Source of the DNA: Prochlorococcus sp. AG-418-G23
Lineage (GTDB): Bacteria > Cyanobacteriota > Cyanobacteriia > PCC-6307 > Cyanobiaceae
Direction of reading: 5' to 3'
Assembly: GCA_003214195.1 (NCBI GenBank)
Contig: QCLY01000002.1
Location: 1,996-65,995, forward strand
DNA length: 64,000 nt
The notes beneath the pieces were generated by a model. The model worked only from the letters and a program-made list of their open reading frames with translations, was not told where the DNA came from and ran no database searches. Every line of letters begins with the position of its first letter. Position 1 is the stretch's first letter. A program made the translations under genes and the position numbers. Below are positions 62,920-64,000 of the stretch, in pieces.

Positions 62920-63522
62920 TTGAAAGCAAAATTGACTGTTTCAGATAGCAAAAAGTTATTTCATGAACAATTCCCCTACGTCATACCTGGTTTATATAAA
63001 AAGATAGTTGATGAAATGCTTGTAGAACTAAATCTTTTAAATCATCAAAATGAATTTGAACAGGATCATCTGTTTTGTATTGGACTGACTGAAACATTCA
63101 ATGAACTAATGAAAGGTTATAAGCCTGAGCAACATTTAGATCTTCTTTTTAAATCAATATGCAGCTCTACCAATTTCGAGTCCAGTGAAATCAAAGAAAT
63201 CTCCCAAAAATCTAAAGAAGATTATAAGAATAAAACATCAACAGAGTTAGTTAAGTTACTTAAAGATAAAACTAAGTCCAAAATTTATCCTTCAAGAATG
63301 CTGAACTTAGGTTTATATATTTTAATTTCAAAATCCAAAGATTTAAAAGATCAAAATGAAAGCGAGATTAATAAGATTATTTCTGATATTTTTGAGAAGT
63401 TAAGCTTATCTACTAATAAAGCAGAAAAAGATATAGGAATTTATAAAAGTACTTTATCAAAAATGGTACAAGCGAAAGAATTAATTGAAGAACTCAAGTT
63501 AAAGAATAAGAAAAAAAATTAA
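62920..63522 (+). CDS. psb29: Psb29/Thf1 photosystem II biogenesis protein
   Basis: TVSDSKK.F, Y..IVDEMLVEL.LL, GYKPE, SR..NLGLY, KDIGIYKS; start uncertain (62875, 62920 or 62932). Confidence 0.88.
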   Translation: MKAKLTVSDSKKLFHEQFPYVIPGLYKKIVDEMLVELNLLNHQNEFEQDHLFCIGLTETFNELMKGYKPEQHLDLLFKSICSSTNFESSEIKEISQKSKEDYKNKTSTELVKLLKDKTKSKIYPSRMLNLGLYILISKSKDLKDQNESEINKIISDIFEKLSLSTNKAEKDIGIYKSTLSKMVQAKELIEELKLKNKKKN

Positions 63523-63531
63523 AAATAATAT

Positions 63532-63660
63532 CTACTTTTTTAATCTTTTTTTATCTTTCCAAGAAACATAAGTAATATAAATAACAGCAAAAGTTATTAA
63601 TATAAGTAGCACGAATGAGGTGAAGATAAGTAATTTACTTATATAGCCCTCATAAGTCAA
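63532..63660 (-). CDS. About 42-aa single-pass membrane protein downstream of petN
   Basis: TTG 63660 reads MTYEGYISKLLIFTSFVLLILITFAVIYITYVSWKDKKRLKK: one transmembrane segment plus a basic tail. Confidence 0.6.
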   Translation of the reverse strand: MTYEGYISKLLIFTSFVLLILITFAVIYITYVSWKDKKRLKK

Positions 63661-63667
63661 AAATAAA

Positions 63668-63769
63668 TCATATATCAATAGAACCGTCACCATTTCTTCC
63701 CCAAACAACCATTGCAATTGAAAAGGTGAAAATTGCCGCTAATGCTGCCCATCCTATCTGATAGATCAT
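63668..63769 (-). CDS. petN: Cytochrome b6f subunit VIII (not in ORF track)
   Basis: [33 protein letters not shown]. Confidence 0.95.
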   Translation of the reverse strand: MIYQIGWAALAAIFTFSIAMVVWGRNGDGSIDI

Positions 63770-63887
63770 TTAATTTAAATTACTTAATCAAATATAACAG
63801 AACTTCAAAATTTTTTAATCATTAATTAGCTAAAATTAATTTTCTCACATACACAATTTTCTAAATAGAATTAAAAAAAATTTCAAA

Positions 63888-64000
63888 GTGGGAAGACTTG
63901 TAATCAACCACAGTACAAATATCGAAGGTCTGATTCCAATACTGCAAAAATTATCTCGCAACATTAATATCAGGACAATTACTCCCGGGGTAATATCAAG
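63888..64000 (+). CDS. DUF2103-like protein, 3'-truncated by the window edge
   Basis: GTG 63888 reads MGRLVINHSTNIEGLIPILQKL...TITPGVIS. Confidence 0.7.
   Translation, partial: MGRLVINHSTNIEGLIPILQKLSRNINIRTITPGVIS

Noticed and set aside
63661-63717. N-terminal part of the 61-aa track ORF
   Set aside because: It overlaps petN in another frame. A downstream TTG start is more likely.
1-64000. tRNA, rRNA, integrase, transposase, prophage or defence genes
   Set aside because: No such motifs were seen by eye. tRNAscan-SE, Infernal and HMM scans would be needed to exclude them formally.

Overview
AT-rich, densely packed cyanobacterial chromosome segment. Gene content and order (chlP, pcyA, psb29, petN, ccsB, glpX, proteobacterial-type prk) and very short intergenic spaces fit a streamlined marine picocyanobacterium, most likely high-light Prochlorococcus; this is an inference. 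Almost all of it is core genome: carbon metabolism (prk, fba, glpX, rpe, gnd, pgl, glgC, accD), amino-acid and purine synthesis (hisA, proB, leuB, ilvD, purQ/purS), tetrapyrroles (hemA, chlP, pcyA, cobW), translation (rpsB, tsf, typA, glyS), envelope (lpxD, lptB, two M15 peptidases, devBCA) and proteolysis (ftsH, clpP, an M16 pair). I saw no tRNA, rRNA, CRISPR array or mobile element. The most interesting part is an iron module at about 1.4-4.5 kb. It has a Cys-rich CRP/FNR regulator with an NtcA-like recognition helix, a perfect 17-bp inverted repeat of Fur-box-like sequence in its promoter, a near-identical 28-nt motif upstream of ferritin, and a TGTA-N8-TACA palindrome upstream of the iron ABC ATPase. 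I also read several small ORFs missing from the ORF track: a 33-aa membrane peptide, a 54-aa DnaJ-type zinc finger behind a structured leader, a 30-aa possible lptA relic, a 49-aa basic ribosomal-protein-like ORF and petN. The rpsB leader RNA is also visible. All product calls come from motif recognition by eye; no database searches were run.
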